Source of the DNA: Promethearchaeota archaeon
Lineage (GTDB): Archaea > Asgardarchaeota > Lokiarchaeia > Sigyniarchaeales > SOKP01
DNA length: 64,000 nucleotides
NCBI GenBank assembly: GCA_019894975.1
Contig: JAGXNO010000013.1
Location: 10,637-74,636, forward strand
Direction of reading: 5' to 3'
The stretch's first letter is position 1. Every line of letters starts with the position of its first letter. Shown piece by piece: positions 34,889-44,197 of this stretch. Below the pieces are notes generated by a model. The model was not told where the DNA came from, did no database searches, and saw only the letters and a program-made list of their open reading frames with translations. Both the position numbers and the translations under genes were made by a program.

Positions 34889-36031
34889 ATGGAAAAGAAA
34901 GTATTAATTGCTTCGGAATCAGCATTTCGAAGGAATTTTCTATCTGAAATACTTGGGTCTCACAAGAATATAAGAATAGTGGGTCTTGTAAGGAATGCTA
35001 AAGAAGCATTAGAAATAATTGGGAACCAAAGTCAAGATGCTCTAATTTTAGATATTGAATTTGAGAATGAAGATTGGTTTAGTCAATTTTATCCAATGAT
35101 GAAAACCTTTCCAATTAAAACTATTATCTTAAGTGATAAAAATCCTGAAACGCTGGATTCTTCGAAGATACCTATAATTTTAAAATCATATGATTATATC
35201 GTTAAACCTGATGGTATTTGGAAGGAAGAATTGCCGAAAATTAGGGATGTAATAATTTCAAAAGTGTTAATGGTTGACATACCTAAAATACATAAATTAG
35301 ACAGTAGAACAAGACAGTTTAATAAAAATTTATTCATAAAACAAAGTCAGAAATCAGATGAAACAAACCATCAAAATTCTACTAAGATAATTAAACCAAA
35401 TATTTCCTCAAGATCAGAGGAGTACTTTTTAGATCTATCACCCTTTACCATTAAAAAACTAGAAACAAAAATTGTTGTAATAGGAGCTAGTGTAGGGGGC
35501 CCTAGAACACTAAAAACTATCTTTAGTGAAGTTCCCCAAGATTTTTCTGCCCCTATATTAGTTGTTCAACATTTGAACCATCTCTTTATGCGACAGTTTG
35601 TAACTTCTGTAAGGAATATTTGTAAATTAGAGGTAAAGATTGGACTAAATTATGAAGAGATTCAACCCGGAATAATTTATTTCTCTCCTGGAGACAAACA
35701 TATGCAAGTCACCGTTAAAAATAGCAAACCTTGTATTAGAACGTTTGAGGGAGAACCAGTAAATTTTTGCAGACCATCTGTAGATGTACTATTTTATTCT
35801 ACTACAAGAGTGTATAAGGAAAAAACTCTCGGGATATTATTGACCGGAATGGGAAAAGATGGTGTTAATGGACTTCAAGCGATTAAAGCTGAAGGGGGAA
35901 AGACAATTGCTGAATCTGAAGAAACAAGTATATTATATGGTATGCCTAAAGTTGCTGCTGAAACTGGGGCTGCAGACAAAATTATACCCAATTATAATAT
36001 TGTAAAAGAAATGATAAGATTTGCGAATTAA
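34889..36031 (+). CDS. cheB: CheB-type receiver-methylesterase
   Basis: Receiver-like N-terminus (LILDIE, YIVKP); GASVGGP, VQH, RPSVD, LTGMGKDG, YGMP. Confidence 0.88.
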   Translation: MEKKVLIASESAFRRNFLSEILGSHKNIRIVGLVRNAKEALEIIGNQSQDALILDIEFENEDWFSQFYPMMKTFPIKTIILSDKNPETLDSSKIPIILKSYDYIVKPDGIWKEELPKIRDVIISKVLMVDIPKIHKLDSRTRQFNKNLFIKQSQKSDETNHQNSTKIIKPNISSRSEEYFLDLSPFTIKKLETKIVVIGASVGGPRTLKTIFSEVPQDFSAPILVVQHLNHLFMRQFVTSVRNICKLEVKIGLNYEEIQPGIIYFSPGDKHMQVTVKNSKPCIRTFEGEPVNFCRPSVDVLFYSTTRVYKEKTLGILLTGMGKDGVNGLQAIKAEGGKTIAESEETSILYGMPKVAAETGAADKIIPNYNIVKEMIRFAN

Positions 36032-36059
36032 ATTTTTTAACTATAACCGATTTTAATAG

Positions 36060-36248
36060 ATGATGGAAATAAAAGTCAGTAAAGAAATTAAAGAAGAAAT
36101 TCTAAAATTAATTTCTACTCCTGGAGTGGAAGTTAAGGATATTGTGGAAAAAGTGAAATTAGATTACAACACAATAATGGACTTCTTGTCTGAAGAATAT
36201 TTAAAATATGACTTCGATTATGGTAGAAGGCTCTGTTGTAGGTTTTAA
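36060..36248 (+). CDS. Small hypothetical, possible HTH
   Basis: 62 aa; VKDIVEKVKLDYNTIMDFL is HTH-like; ends CCRF. Confidence 0.45.
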   Translation: MMEIKVSKEIKEEILKLISTPGVEVKDIVEKVKLDYNTIMDFLSEEYLKYDFDYGRRLCCRF

Positions 36249-36340
36249 CATTCTATAAATCTGAATATACTTTAGTAAAATTTTTTAACTTTGTTTTATT
36301 CTAAAACTCACTAAGTTTAAAAAATATTCTTAGAAACTTA

Positions 36341-36412
36341 GGACGCAAATTAAAGCGGTTTCGATATATATTAGATATTGAAATAAAGAAGTTTTACTTT
36401 AATCACGCGTTC
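36341..36412 (+). promoter_or_regulatory. Structured hairpin upstream of rpl11 (candidate leader)
   Basis: Nested stems GGACGC/GCGTTC, TAAAGC/GTTTTA and TTTCGATAT/ATATTGAAA with G-U pairs on the + strand; TTTAAAAA about 20 nt upstream. Confidence 0.45.
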
Positions 36413-36465
36413 TTAACCTTTAGATTATTTTTTAGACCAAGATAATTGAAAAAAAGTGAAATTGT

Positions 36466-36998
36466 GTGAGTACTAAAGGAAAGGTAATTGTTAAGGCACT
36501 TGTAACCGGTGGTAGTGCTTCAGGTGGGCCGCCTATTGCATAAAGCATATTGCTTTTGTGAAGTTCGGTAAAGGTCCCGCCGTAGGCCCAACTGGTATCA
36601 ATATCAAAGACGTGGTCGACGAGATCAATGAAAAAACGATGGTCTTTAAAGGCTTAACTGTACCGGTCAGAATAGAATGTGATCCAGAAACCAAGCAATT
36701 TGAAATTTATATTGAAACACCTTCTACAGCATCATTACTCCTTAAAGAAGTAGGCGCAGAAAAAGGGAGCTCAGCAAGTTCAGAAAAGATAATCGGTGAT
36801 CTATCACTTGATCAAATAGTTACTGTCGTTCAAGCAAAGAAGGATAAATTTCTAGAAAAGAATTTGAAGCTCGCAGTTAAATCAGTTCTAGGGACGGCTT
36901 TATCCATTGGAATAACTGTTGAGGGAGAAGATCCCAGAGAAATTCAAAAAAGAGTAGAAAGTGGAGAATTTGACGATAAAGTGAGGGGTGAACTATAA
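36466..36998 (+). CDS. rpl11: 50S ribosomal protein uL11, two exons (36466-36536 and 36572-36998), 165 aa after joining
   Basis: Exon 1 MSTKGKVIVKALVTGGSASGGPP-, exon 2 -GPAVGPTGINIKDVVDEINEKT...; first gene of the L11-L1-L10-L12 block. Confidence 0.93.
36537..36571 (+). other. Candidate 35-nt BHB/BHL-type intron in rpl11 mRNA
   Basis: In-frame TAA; length not a multiple of 3; GGGCC/GGTCC exon helix, GCCT/CGGT central helix, 3-nt ATT and AAA bulges; canonical cuts give CCG CCT ATA GGT CCC (PPIGP). Confidence 0.8.
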
Positions 36999-37000
36999 AG

Positions 37001-37729
37001 ATGAAAGTAGACGATAAATTACTAAGAAGATCTTTGGATGTAGCAATGGATTTTGCAGTCCTCAAAAAAGAAGGATTCAAAGATAAAATTCGAAAATTTG
37101 ATGAATCAATTGACATTATCATTAATATCAAGGACGTAAATTTAAATGATCCAAAAAACAGGATTGATAAAGAGATTATCCTCTCAAATGATGTAATTAC
37201 TGACGATAAACCTAATATATGTGTAATTGCCTCAGATGAGATTTTACTTGAAGCAAAGAAAATTGGGGTGGATACGCTCGATTCAGAAGGGTTAATCAAT
37301 TTAAACAGTGAAGAAAAGAAGTATAAAAAGAAGTTCGCGAAGAAGTATGAATTTTTTGTTGTAGAAGATAAGTTGATGCGTGATGTCGCTCGATATTTAG
37401 CAAGATTTCTTGGACCCTTAGGAAAAATGCCAAAACCTTTTCCTACAGGTTATGGAATAATATCCAGTCCGGAAGATTTACAAGTTGCTTTTGAGCGGTA
37501 TAAAAAAGTGATTCGTGTTCAAATGAAAAAACAACCGATCATTTTTCTAAAAATAGGGAAGAAATCTATGGATGCTGATAAATTATTTGAGAACATGAAA
37601 ACTGTTGTTAATTTTATAGGAGATCAAATGCCCCATAAGTTCAACAACTTCAAATCCATGCATTTAAAATCAACCATGGGGAAACCAGTTAAAGTAAGTG
37701 AACAATTTTTAAATGGTATAGAGGTGTGA
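37001..37729 (+). CDS. rpl1: 50S ribosomal protein uL1
   Basis: RKFDESID, LGPLGKMPKP, KSTMGKP. Confidence 0.95.
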   Translation: MKVDDKLLRRSLDVAMDFAVLKKEGFKDKIRKFDESIDIIINIKDVNLNDPKNRIDKEIILSNDVITDDKPNICVIASDEILLEAKKIGVDTLDSEGLINLNSEEKKYKKKFAKKYEFFVVEDKLMRDVARYLARFLGPLGKMPKPFPTGYGIISSPEDLQVAFERYKKVIRVQMKKQPIIFLKIGKKSMDADKLFENMKTVVNFIGDQMPHKFNNFKSMHLKSTMGKPVKVSEQFLNGIEV

Positions 37730-37733
37730 AAAA

Positions 37734-38630
37734 ATGATTACAAAATCGCATATACCGCAGTGGAAATTAGAAGAAGTAAATAATTTAATTGAATTATTTA
37801 AAACTTATAGTAATGTCGCTGTTATAGAAGTTGCTCACCTAAATGATTTGCAAATCCAAACCATGCGTAAGATTTTACGGGGAAAAGCTATATTTCGAAT
37901 GTCGAAGAAATCTCTACAGACTAGAGCAATTGAGAAATTCAAAAAGGAATCAAAAAAGGCAAATTTAGATGAATTGGCATCGCATATTCCGGGTCAATCA
38001 AGTCTTGTGTTCACGAATCTTGATTTAATAGAACTAAAAAGTATATTCCATGATTATGAGTGGATGGTTCCAGCAAAACCAAATGATATCACACCTGTAG
38101 ATATCTGGGTACCCGAGGGAGATACGGGATTACCAACTGGTCAAGTTATTAGTGAGTTAAACATGACTTTAAAGCTCCCTACAAGGATCATGAATGATAC
38201 AATACACATACGTGAGGATACAAGAACTCATAAGGCAGGAGATCTGGTGAGTGTAAAACAAGCAGCTGTGTTGAAAAAACTTGGTATTACCCCCATAGAA
38301 TCTTTAATTAAGATTCACTTCGCTTGGGCTGATGGTGAAATTATCCCAGAAGATGTTTTATATATGGATATGGATCAATTCAAACGTGATGTGGTAACAG
38401 GATATAGAGAAGCACTTGCTATTCTCTTTGAAATGCCCTTTATTGAAGGAAGCATGACAGAAGAATATCTTCGTAAGGCTGTATCTGAAGCTAACACTAT
38501 CGAAGCGATGTTATTTGGAGAGGGTATTCCTACCCCTACTGAACCAGAAGCAAAGAAAGAAGAGAAGAAGAAGGACGATGAAGAGGAGGAACCGGGTGAG
38601 GAAGTTGGCATTGGAGGATTGTTTGGATAA
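37734..38630 (+). CDS. rpl10: 50S ribosomal protein uL10 (P0)
   Basis: IPQWKLEEV, GDTG, LKKLGITP, acidic tail ending GIGGLFG. Confidence 0.95.
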   Translation: MITKSHIPQWKLEEVNNLIELFKTYSNVAVIEVAHLNDLQIQTMRKILRGKAIFRMSKKSLQTRAIEKFKKESKKANLDELASHIPGQSSLVFTNLDLIELKSIFHDYEWMVPAKPNDITPVDIWVPEGDTGLPTGQVISELNMTLKLPTRIMNDTIHIREDTRTHKAGDLVSVKQAAVLKKLGITPIESLIKIHFAWADGEIIPEDVLYMDMDQFKRDVVTGYREALAILFEMPFIEGSMTEEYLRKAVSEANTIEAMLFGEGIPTPTEPEAKKEEKKKDDEEEEPGEEVGIGGLFG

Positions 38631-38706
38631 TTAAATATGATTTTTTTAAAGTTCAATCAAAAATACAAATATAATGTTAAAAAAAATATAATAGAGGTTA
38701 AAAAAT

Positions 38707-38994
38707 ATGGAAAGTATCTATGCTGCATTATTGCTTCATAAAGTTGGTGGAAAAATTTCAGAAGCAAGTGTAGAAAAAGTATTAACTGCTGCCGGTGGGA
38801 AAGCTGATAAAGATGAAATCGCAAAACTTATCGCCGGTTTAAAAGAAACCAAAATTGATGACATCATTAAGTCTGCTGGCTCAATGCCAGTGATGGCTGC
38901 CCCAGCTGGAGATAAAAAGGAAGCAAAGAAAGAAAAGAAAAAGAAAGAAGAAGAAGTTGAAGAAGAACCTACAGGTATCGGATCGCTCTTTTAA
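38707..38994 (+). CDS. rpl12: Ribosomal stalk protein aP1/L12
   Basis: MESIYAALLLH, acidic tail ending GIGSLF. Confidence 0.95.
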   Translation: MESIYAALLLHKVGGKISEASVEKVLTAAGGKADKDEIAKLIAGLKETKIDDIIKSAGSMPVMAAPAGDKKEAKKEKKKKEEEVEEEPTGIGSLF

Positions 38995-39219
38995 ATTAAA
39001 CGAATAACTTATTTTTTTATTTATTTTTTTACAATTTTTTATGACTTATCATTTATTTACTGTTTTTTAGAAATATCTAGTTAAGTAGCTCCCTAAATCA
39101 AAAACTTTTTTTAAAATTCTATTTTTTTTTAATTACAGTTTAAATTAATGAAACTGAAAATTATATTTTTGTAAGATTTACGTTAATCTACTTAAAAAAA
39201 CTCACATTGTTGATAAAAA

Positions 39220-40683
39220 ATGGCTGGCAAATTTCTTAAATTCTTTTCACCGTTCGTAAGAGCCATGCCAGAAATCAAAAATCCTCAACGTGAAGTTTCA
39301 TTTAAAGAAAAATTCATTTGGACCGGAGTTGTTCTTATTGTCTATTTAATTATGTCCAATATTCCTCTTTATGGGATTGATATTGCAGAATCAACAGATT
39401 ATTTTTATTGGTTACGGGTAATTCTCGCCAGCCAAAGAGGTACACTCACAGAACTAGGTATTGGTCCTATTGTAACCTCAGGACTTATAATGCAATTACT
39501 TCTAGGATCTCGAATTATCAATGTGGATATGGCTGATCCATACGATAGAGCATTATTTAGTGGATCTCAGAAAGTTCTTGCTATGTTTCTAACAGCATTT
39601 AACTCCATCGCTTATCTTTTTGGAGGGGCTTTTGGTAATCTATCCAATATTGGAATTCAAAAGGGACTTTTTATTTTTGTGCAACTATTATTCTCAGGAG
39701 TAATTATTATCTTACTCGATGAGGTGCTTCAAAAAGGGTGGGGGCTTGGAAGTGGTGTGTCCTTATTTATTGCTGCTGGTGTATCAGGTCAAATCTTTTG
39801 GAATATGTTTAGTTTTATTGAGGGTCCAGATGGTATACCAAGAGGTATCATCATTGCTTTCTTTTCAGTCTTATTTGATGGCAATCCCAATACTGATATA
39901 GGAGATATTGCACTTAGACAACAACTTCCTTCGCTGCTAGGAATTGTAACAACCGTTATGATTCTCTTTATAGTCATATGGTTTGAATCAACCCGTGTTG
40001 AAATTCCTCTTACTTACAGAGGCTATCGAGGTTATAAAGGGAAATATCCGATGAAACTGCTGTATGTGTCCAATATCCCCGTGATATTGGTCAATGCTTT
40101 ATACGCGAATATTCTGTTTTTTGGGCAATTAATAGCTGGTCCGGGATCGGGTCTTCGTGGTGGGGATTTCGATTTCTGGATCAACTTAATTGGAGTTTTT
40201 GAAAACCCAGAAGTAGGAGGTGGTATGGGAACTCAATTAATACCTAAATCAGGGATAATTTATCTACTCACGCCCCCGCTCGGGCTCGACCAATTAATAG
40301 CAGATCCGTTTAGAGCTGTAATTTATTTATTCATTTTTATTGGGCTCTGTATTATGCTTGGAAAGGTTTGGGTCGAAGTGAGTGGGCTAGCGCCGCGTGA
40401 TATCGCAGGACAGATAATCGATTCACAAATGCAGGTGCCCGGATTCAGAAGCTCCGAAAAAGTACTAGAAAAGATACTGAAAAGGTATATTCCAACTCTT
40501 GTCATCATCAACGGTATCCTGATTGCAGTTCTCAGCTTCTTTGCAGATAGTTTGGGGGCGCTCACCTCTGGCACTGGACTTTTAATTAGCATAGGCATAA
40601 TTCATCAATATGGTGAGACTTTAGCTAAGGAAATGGCTGCTTCACAGTACCCGGGACTCCGAGGGATGCTTGGGATGGATTAG
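39220..40683 (+). CDS. secY: Preprotein translocase SecY/Sec61alpha
   Basis: GTLTELGIGPIVT, GLGSGVSLFI, YPMKLLYVSNIP, PGFR. Confidence 0.97.
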   Translation: MAGKFLKFFSPFVRAMPEIKNPQREVSFKEKFIWTGVVLIVYLIMSNIPLYGIDIAESTDYFYWLRVILASQRGTLTELGIGPIVTSGLIMQLLLGSRIINVDMADPYDRALFSGSQKVLAMFLTAFNSIAYLFGGAFGNLSNIGIQKGLFIFVQLLFSGVIIILLDEVLQKGWGLGSGVSLFIAAGVSGQIFWNMFSFIEGPDGIPRGIIIAFFSVLFDGNPNTDIGDIALRQQLPSLLGIVTTVMILFIVIWFESTRVEIPLTYRGYRGYKGKYPMKLLYVSNIPVILVNALYANILFFGQLIAGPGSGLRGGDFDFWINLIGVFENPEVGGGMGTQLIPKSGIIYLLTPPLGLDQLIADPFRAVIYLFIFIGLCIMLGKVWVEVSGLAPRDIAGQIIDSQMQVPGFRSSEKVLEKILKRYIPTLVIINGILIAVLSFFADSLGALTSGTGLLISIGIIHQYGETLAKEMAASQYPGLRGMLGMD

Positions 40684-40763
40684 CGATAACTTCAAATCAT
40701 TCTGGATAATCTCCTCCACGTAATCCTTTAATAAATAACTTTCTCGTTTTGATAATACCATAA

Positions 40764-41420
40764 TTAATGTGAAATCTGATTGCGGAAACTGTCGAAAATT
40801 AGCGCGGTTCCTATTAATAAGATTATTGTTGAAGTAATATTAAGTATATCTATCGAAAACATTTCTGGTTTTAAAATACTTCCCAATCCAATGAAAATTA
40901 CACCTGAAATCACTTTCAAAGATTTCAGTTTTGGCGTTCCTGTATTTTTTAAAAGTATGAGAAATAATAAATAAGGAATGAATGAGGTGCTAGTCAAAAT
41001 ACATATTAATATAATATTTGGGAGACCCGTGAAGCTTACAATAAGAACTATAATTAATGGGATTATTCCTGCAAAGTGATGTCTTTCATAAGTAATCTTA
41101 TTCATTACTTTCTCCAAATGTATAATTTTATTCCAAAAGGGAAAGAACAACAATAAAATCCTGATTCTAAGTAGAAAATCGTGAGTAACAGAATCTATTG
41201 GTAAAAAAACTGAGAGAATTTTCATAAGATTTTCAACAGCTATAATAAAAAAGAAGATTTCCCAAGAAAATAAGTCGTTATAAAAGTGAAAGTCTTTTTC
41301 TTTGGAGAATTTCTTTGAAATATACAGCATATTAATGATAATTAGAGCTATTGATACGGATAAAACCACATTGACTAAAAATAATAAAGCTCCGGTAAGG
41401 ACAATATCCAATTTTATCAC
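40764..41420 (-). CDS. Hypothetical multi-pass membrane protein
   Basis: About 7 hydrophobic segments. Confidence 0.6.
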   Translation of the reverse strand: MIKLDIVLTGALLFLVNVVLSVSIALIIINMLYISKKFSKEKDFHFYNDLFSWEIFFFIIAVENLMKILSVFLPIDSVTHDFLLRIRILLLFFPFWNKIIHLEKVMNKITYERHHFAGIIPLIIVLIVSFTGLPNIILICILTSTSFIPYLLFLILLKNTGTPKLKSLKVISGVIFIGLGSILKPEMFSIDILNITSTIILLIGTALIFDSFRNQISH

Positions 41421-42703
41421 TCTAGTAAATGAAATAATACGATTGGTACTAAATTTCCTTCAAGGGATACTCGCTCATTATTGGCACGATTTACCAGATT
41501 ATTTGCTGTAGTATTTATCGACTGTTCAGCAGAATCGAGATTGAACAATTTCCTATATTTTTGATCATCTGGGTTTGATATTATTTTCTTTTTCCATTTC
41601 AAACCTAGAGCATTTGCCTGTAATTGTAGCCCTGCTAAAGCCATTCCAGCCTCTACTTCAGCCCAATACTTAAGATTCATAATTCTGTGTATTAATCCGG
41701 CACAAGGTTTTTTTCGATCAATACATAATAATATGGCATAATTAGAGAAACTCATATCAAACTCCTTTTCAATCTCAACGCTGGGAGTCCCAGAGCTAAA
41801 TTTCTGTATAAAATGATCATATGTTATGGTTCCATTAACCTTAACCCACCTATTTAATGCAGAATACCCGACTGGATTATAATGATATGATCCATCAGGC
41901 ACATTAGCAAGATTCTTTACATAAACTATTGGATATACTGCATATCCAGCACATCCTGATGCATGGACACGACCAAAACCATTTTTCTCTAAAGCATCAC
42001 GATTTCCATGAGTTGCATGATCGTTTTCCCCTTGGCAAGCCCAGAGCAGTTGAGAGATTTGGTGTAGATTTGTATGATTCGGTGACTTTTCATCAACCCG
42101 ATTAAAAATAGCATCATCTAGTTGAATGCCTTTATACGTATTCTCATAGATTGCGCGATCTTTGTAGCAAGTCGGAGTGTCGAGTAAGATCGTACCCTCA
42201 GCTACTTTTTTTTGAAGAGGTTCTGCAGTATCTTTCATTAACGCTGCCCTATCTCTTTCTCGAACTGCTACCGAATATAAGAAGGAGTAATTTTGATTTG
42301 TTACATTGTTAACGAGTTTATTATATTTTTTAGGCGCTCTTGCCCGTTGAGATACACCCAAACCTATACTATCCACTTTTAATGAGAGGTATTGCCATGT
42401 AATCCCTACCCGAATTAAATCCTCGAACTCAATAGATTCCTTCCAAAACAATTCGGGATACAGTTCCATAGTCGATTTAGTTTTTTCTTTATCAGTTAAT
42501 CGAACCAAACCATCGTTATTATATTTATATATCCCTCCAGTGTAATCTTCCCCATTAGGTAACACAACAAATAGAGAATTTGAAGGTGCTGCTTGAAATG
42601 TAGAATTACATATTTCTTTAATAACAGATAATTGCAATACGCGTCCTTCACCTGAGCAATCTTTACGCCTTGCTAAACACTCTTGAAGACTCATTTCATA
42701 CAC
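41417..42703 (-). CDS. Nitroreductase/SagB-ThcOx-like protein with tandem domains
   Basis: MSLQECLARRK; ISQLLWACQG; RVHASG...YP; EAG...QLQANALGL. Confidence 0.6.
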   Translation of the reverse strand: MYEMSLQECLARRKDCSGEGRVLQLSVIKEICNSTFQAAPSNSLFVVLPNGEDYTGGIYKYNNDGLVRLTDKEKTKSTMELYPELFWKESIEFEDLIRVGITWQYLSLKVDSIGLGVSQRARAPKKYNKLVNNVTNQNYSFLYSVAVRERDRAALMKDTAEPLQKKVAEGTILLDTPTCYKDRAIYENTYKGIQLDDAIFNRVDEKSPNHTNLHQISQLLWACQGENDHATHGNRDALEKNGFGRVHASGCAGYAVYPIVYVKNLANVPDGSYHYNPVGYSALNRWVKVNGTITYDHFIQKFSSGTPSVEIEKEFDMSFSNYAILLCIDRKKPCAGLIHRIMNLKYWAEVEAGMALAGLQLQANALGLKWKKKIISNPDDQKYRKLFNLDSAEQSINTTANNLVNRANNERVSLEGNLVPIVLFHLLE

Positions 42704-42879
42704 TAAACTAATTTTAATTAAATAATTATAATAAGAAGATTAGTGTATTACTTCAAAACTTTTTTGACTTTTAAAAATAGTAAAAAAAATTAGAATCTAA
42801 TCATGATTTCAAGTTTCAGATTCAAATCAGAATCCATCTATAAAGTTTAAAATGTTTTCAATATAATGTAATATTAGAT

Positions 42880-43479
42880 ATGCTGTTATTAATTTTTAAA
42901 AATGCTTTTGAAGAATGGATTTCGGCTCCTCCAGGTTCAATGCTTTTCGTGTTGGTATTAGCGATGACTACAGCTCTAATTAGTGCTGGTTTAACAAAAT
43001 GGTTAGTAGATACTGAAGAAGTCTCACGTAAACAAGTACAAATTAAGGGGCACGACGAAGAGAAAGCAAAAATAATTGATTTAGCAGAAGTTGATCCTGA
43101 GCGTTATAGGAAACAACGTAAAAGATGGGAGCGTAAAGATACTATGTTAAAGCAAACGCAACAAAAGATGTCTCTCCAACGATTAAAACCTACGTGTATA
43201 ACGTTTCTTCCAATGATTATTATATTTGGTCTATTAAATGCAATATTTAGAGGTGCACATGTGGCTCTCAGCCCTATGCATGCGAATGATGTTCCTATTA
43301 TAGGAGGTTTCATAAGTTCAGGTAAGGTTTGGTTAAATTTTACTTCGTGGTATTTCTTGTGTTCATTAGGAATTAATACATTGATTCAAAGACTCCTTGG
43401 ACTTCAAACTCAAGCTTCAGGAGGAATGGGGCAAATGATGGGCACTTCGAAAGCTAAAGGTTTGGAATTTCCCGATTAA
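42880..43479 (+). CDS. DUF106 / EMC3-TMCO1 (Oxa1 superfamily) insertase
   Basis: TM-coiled coil-KPTCITFLP-TM-WYFLCS; near secY and the L34e-cmk-L14e block. Confidence 0.88.
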   Translation: MLLLIFKNAFEEWISAPPGSMLFVLVLAMTTALISAGLTKWLVDTEEVSRKQVQIKGHDEEKAKIIDLAEVDPERYRKQRKRWERKDTMLKQTQQKMSLQRLKPTCITFLPMIIIFGLLNAIFRGAHVALSPMHANDVPIIGGFISSGKVWLNFTSWYFLCSLGINTLIQRLLGLQTQASGGMGQMMGTSKAKGLEFPD

Positions 43480-43553
43480 TATAATTAACCGTAACTAATT
43501 ATAATTTTATAAACTAAATCTTAACTTTATTAGTGTTCCAAAATATAAAAAAG

Positions 43554-43654
43554 CGCAGACAGAGGGATTCGAACCCTCGGGTGCATTCACACACTGGCTT
43601 TCAGGGAATAATTCCGTTCCAGGCCAGCGCCGTACCAGGCTAGGCAATGTCTGC
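43554..43654 (-). tRNA. tRNA-Ser(GGA) with 17-nt intron at 37/38 (43600-43616)
   Basis: GCAGACA/TGTCTGC acceptor, G73, CTGGC/GCCAG anticodon stem, long variable arm, GGTTCGAATCC; BHB with CTGG/CCTG central helix. Confidence 0.92.
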
Positions 43655-43799
43655 AAAAATTTAAAACTAATTTTATTTACTACATTTTCAATATAACATT
43701 CTAAAATTTTAATATTTTATTATAGTAGCAAGATAATGATAGTATGAAATTGAGATTAGAACGATTTTGAGAAAAAAAAAAAAATAATAAATATAAATA

Positions 43800-44087
43800 T
43801 TATTTAATAGGAATGGAAATGGTTTCATTCATCTTTTTATCCAATTTAGCCTTTTTAATAGCAGCTTCAACATCCTCATGTTTAGCGCCTTTCTTGATGT
43901 CAATTGTATCTGTTAATGGTTCAATATGGTTGAAATTGACTCTTCTTCTTCTAACCTTTAAACCATCAATTAATAAATAATTCTTATCAATAACATCAAC
44001 AATAATGCAATAATGACCCGCTTCTCTTCCCATAGTCTTGACACAGAGTCTTCCTATATCATAAACGCTCATATAATTTGTCACCAA
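43800..44087 (-). CDS. rpl14e: 50S ribosomal protein eL14 (start may be ATG 44072)
   Basis: IGRLCVKTMGREAG, VRRRRVNFNHIEP. Confidence 0.95.
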   Translation of the reverse strand: MVTNYMSVYDIGRLCVKTMGREAGHYCIIVDVIDKNYLLIDGLKVRRRRVNFNHIEPLTDTIDIKKGAKHEDVEAAIKKAKLDKKMNETISIPIK

Positions 44088-44197
44088 ACTATTTAAATCA
44101 TAACTGGTTTTGGTTATTCCAGTAAATTATTCAATTTTTTAGTAAGATTTTAAATTTATCCCCAAATAAATTGTTTTTGATTTTTAGTAAGTTCAAA

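Noticed and set aside
36530-36545. Programmed -1 frameshift or readthrough as the explanation for split rpl11
   Set aside because: No slippery heptamer; it would add 12 residues inside PPxGP; readthrough does not fix the frame. Translational bypassing is not excluded, but BHB geometry fits better.
36558-36572. ORF-track start MKFGK for uL11
   Set aside because: Lies inside the insert and discards the conserved N-terminal 24 residues encoded upstream in another frame.
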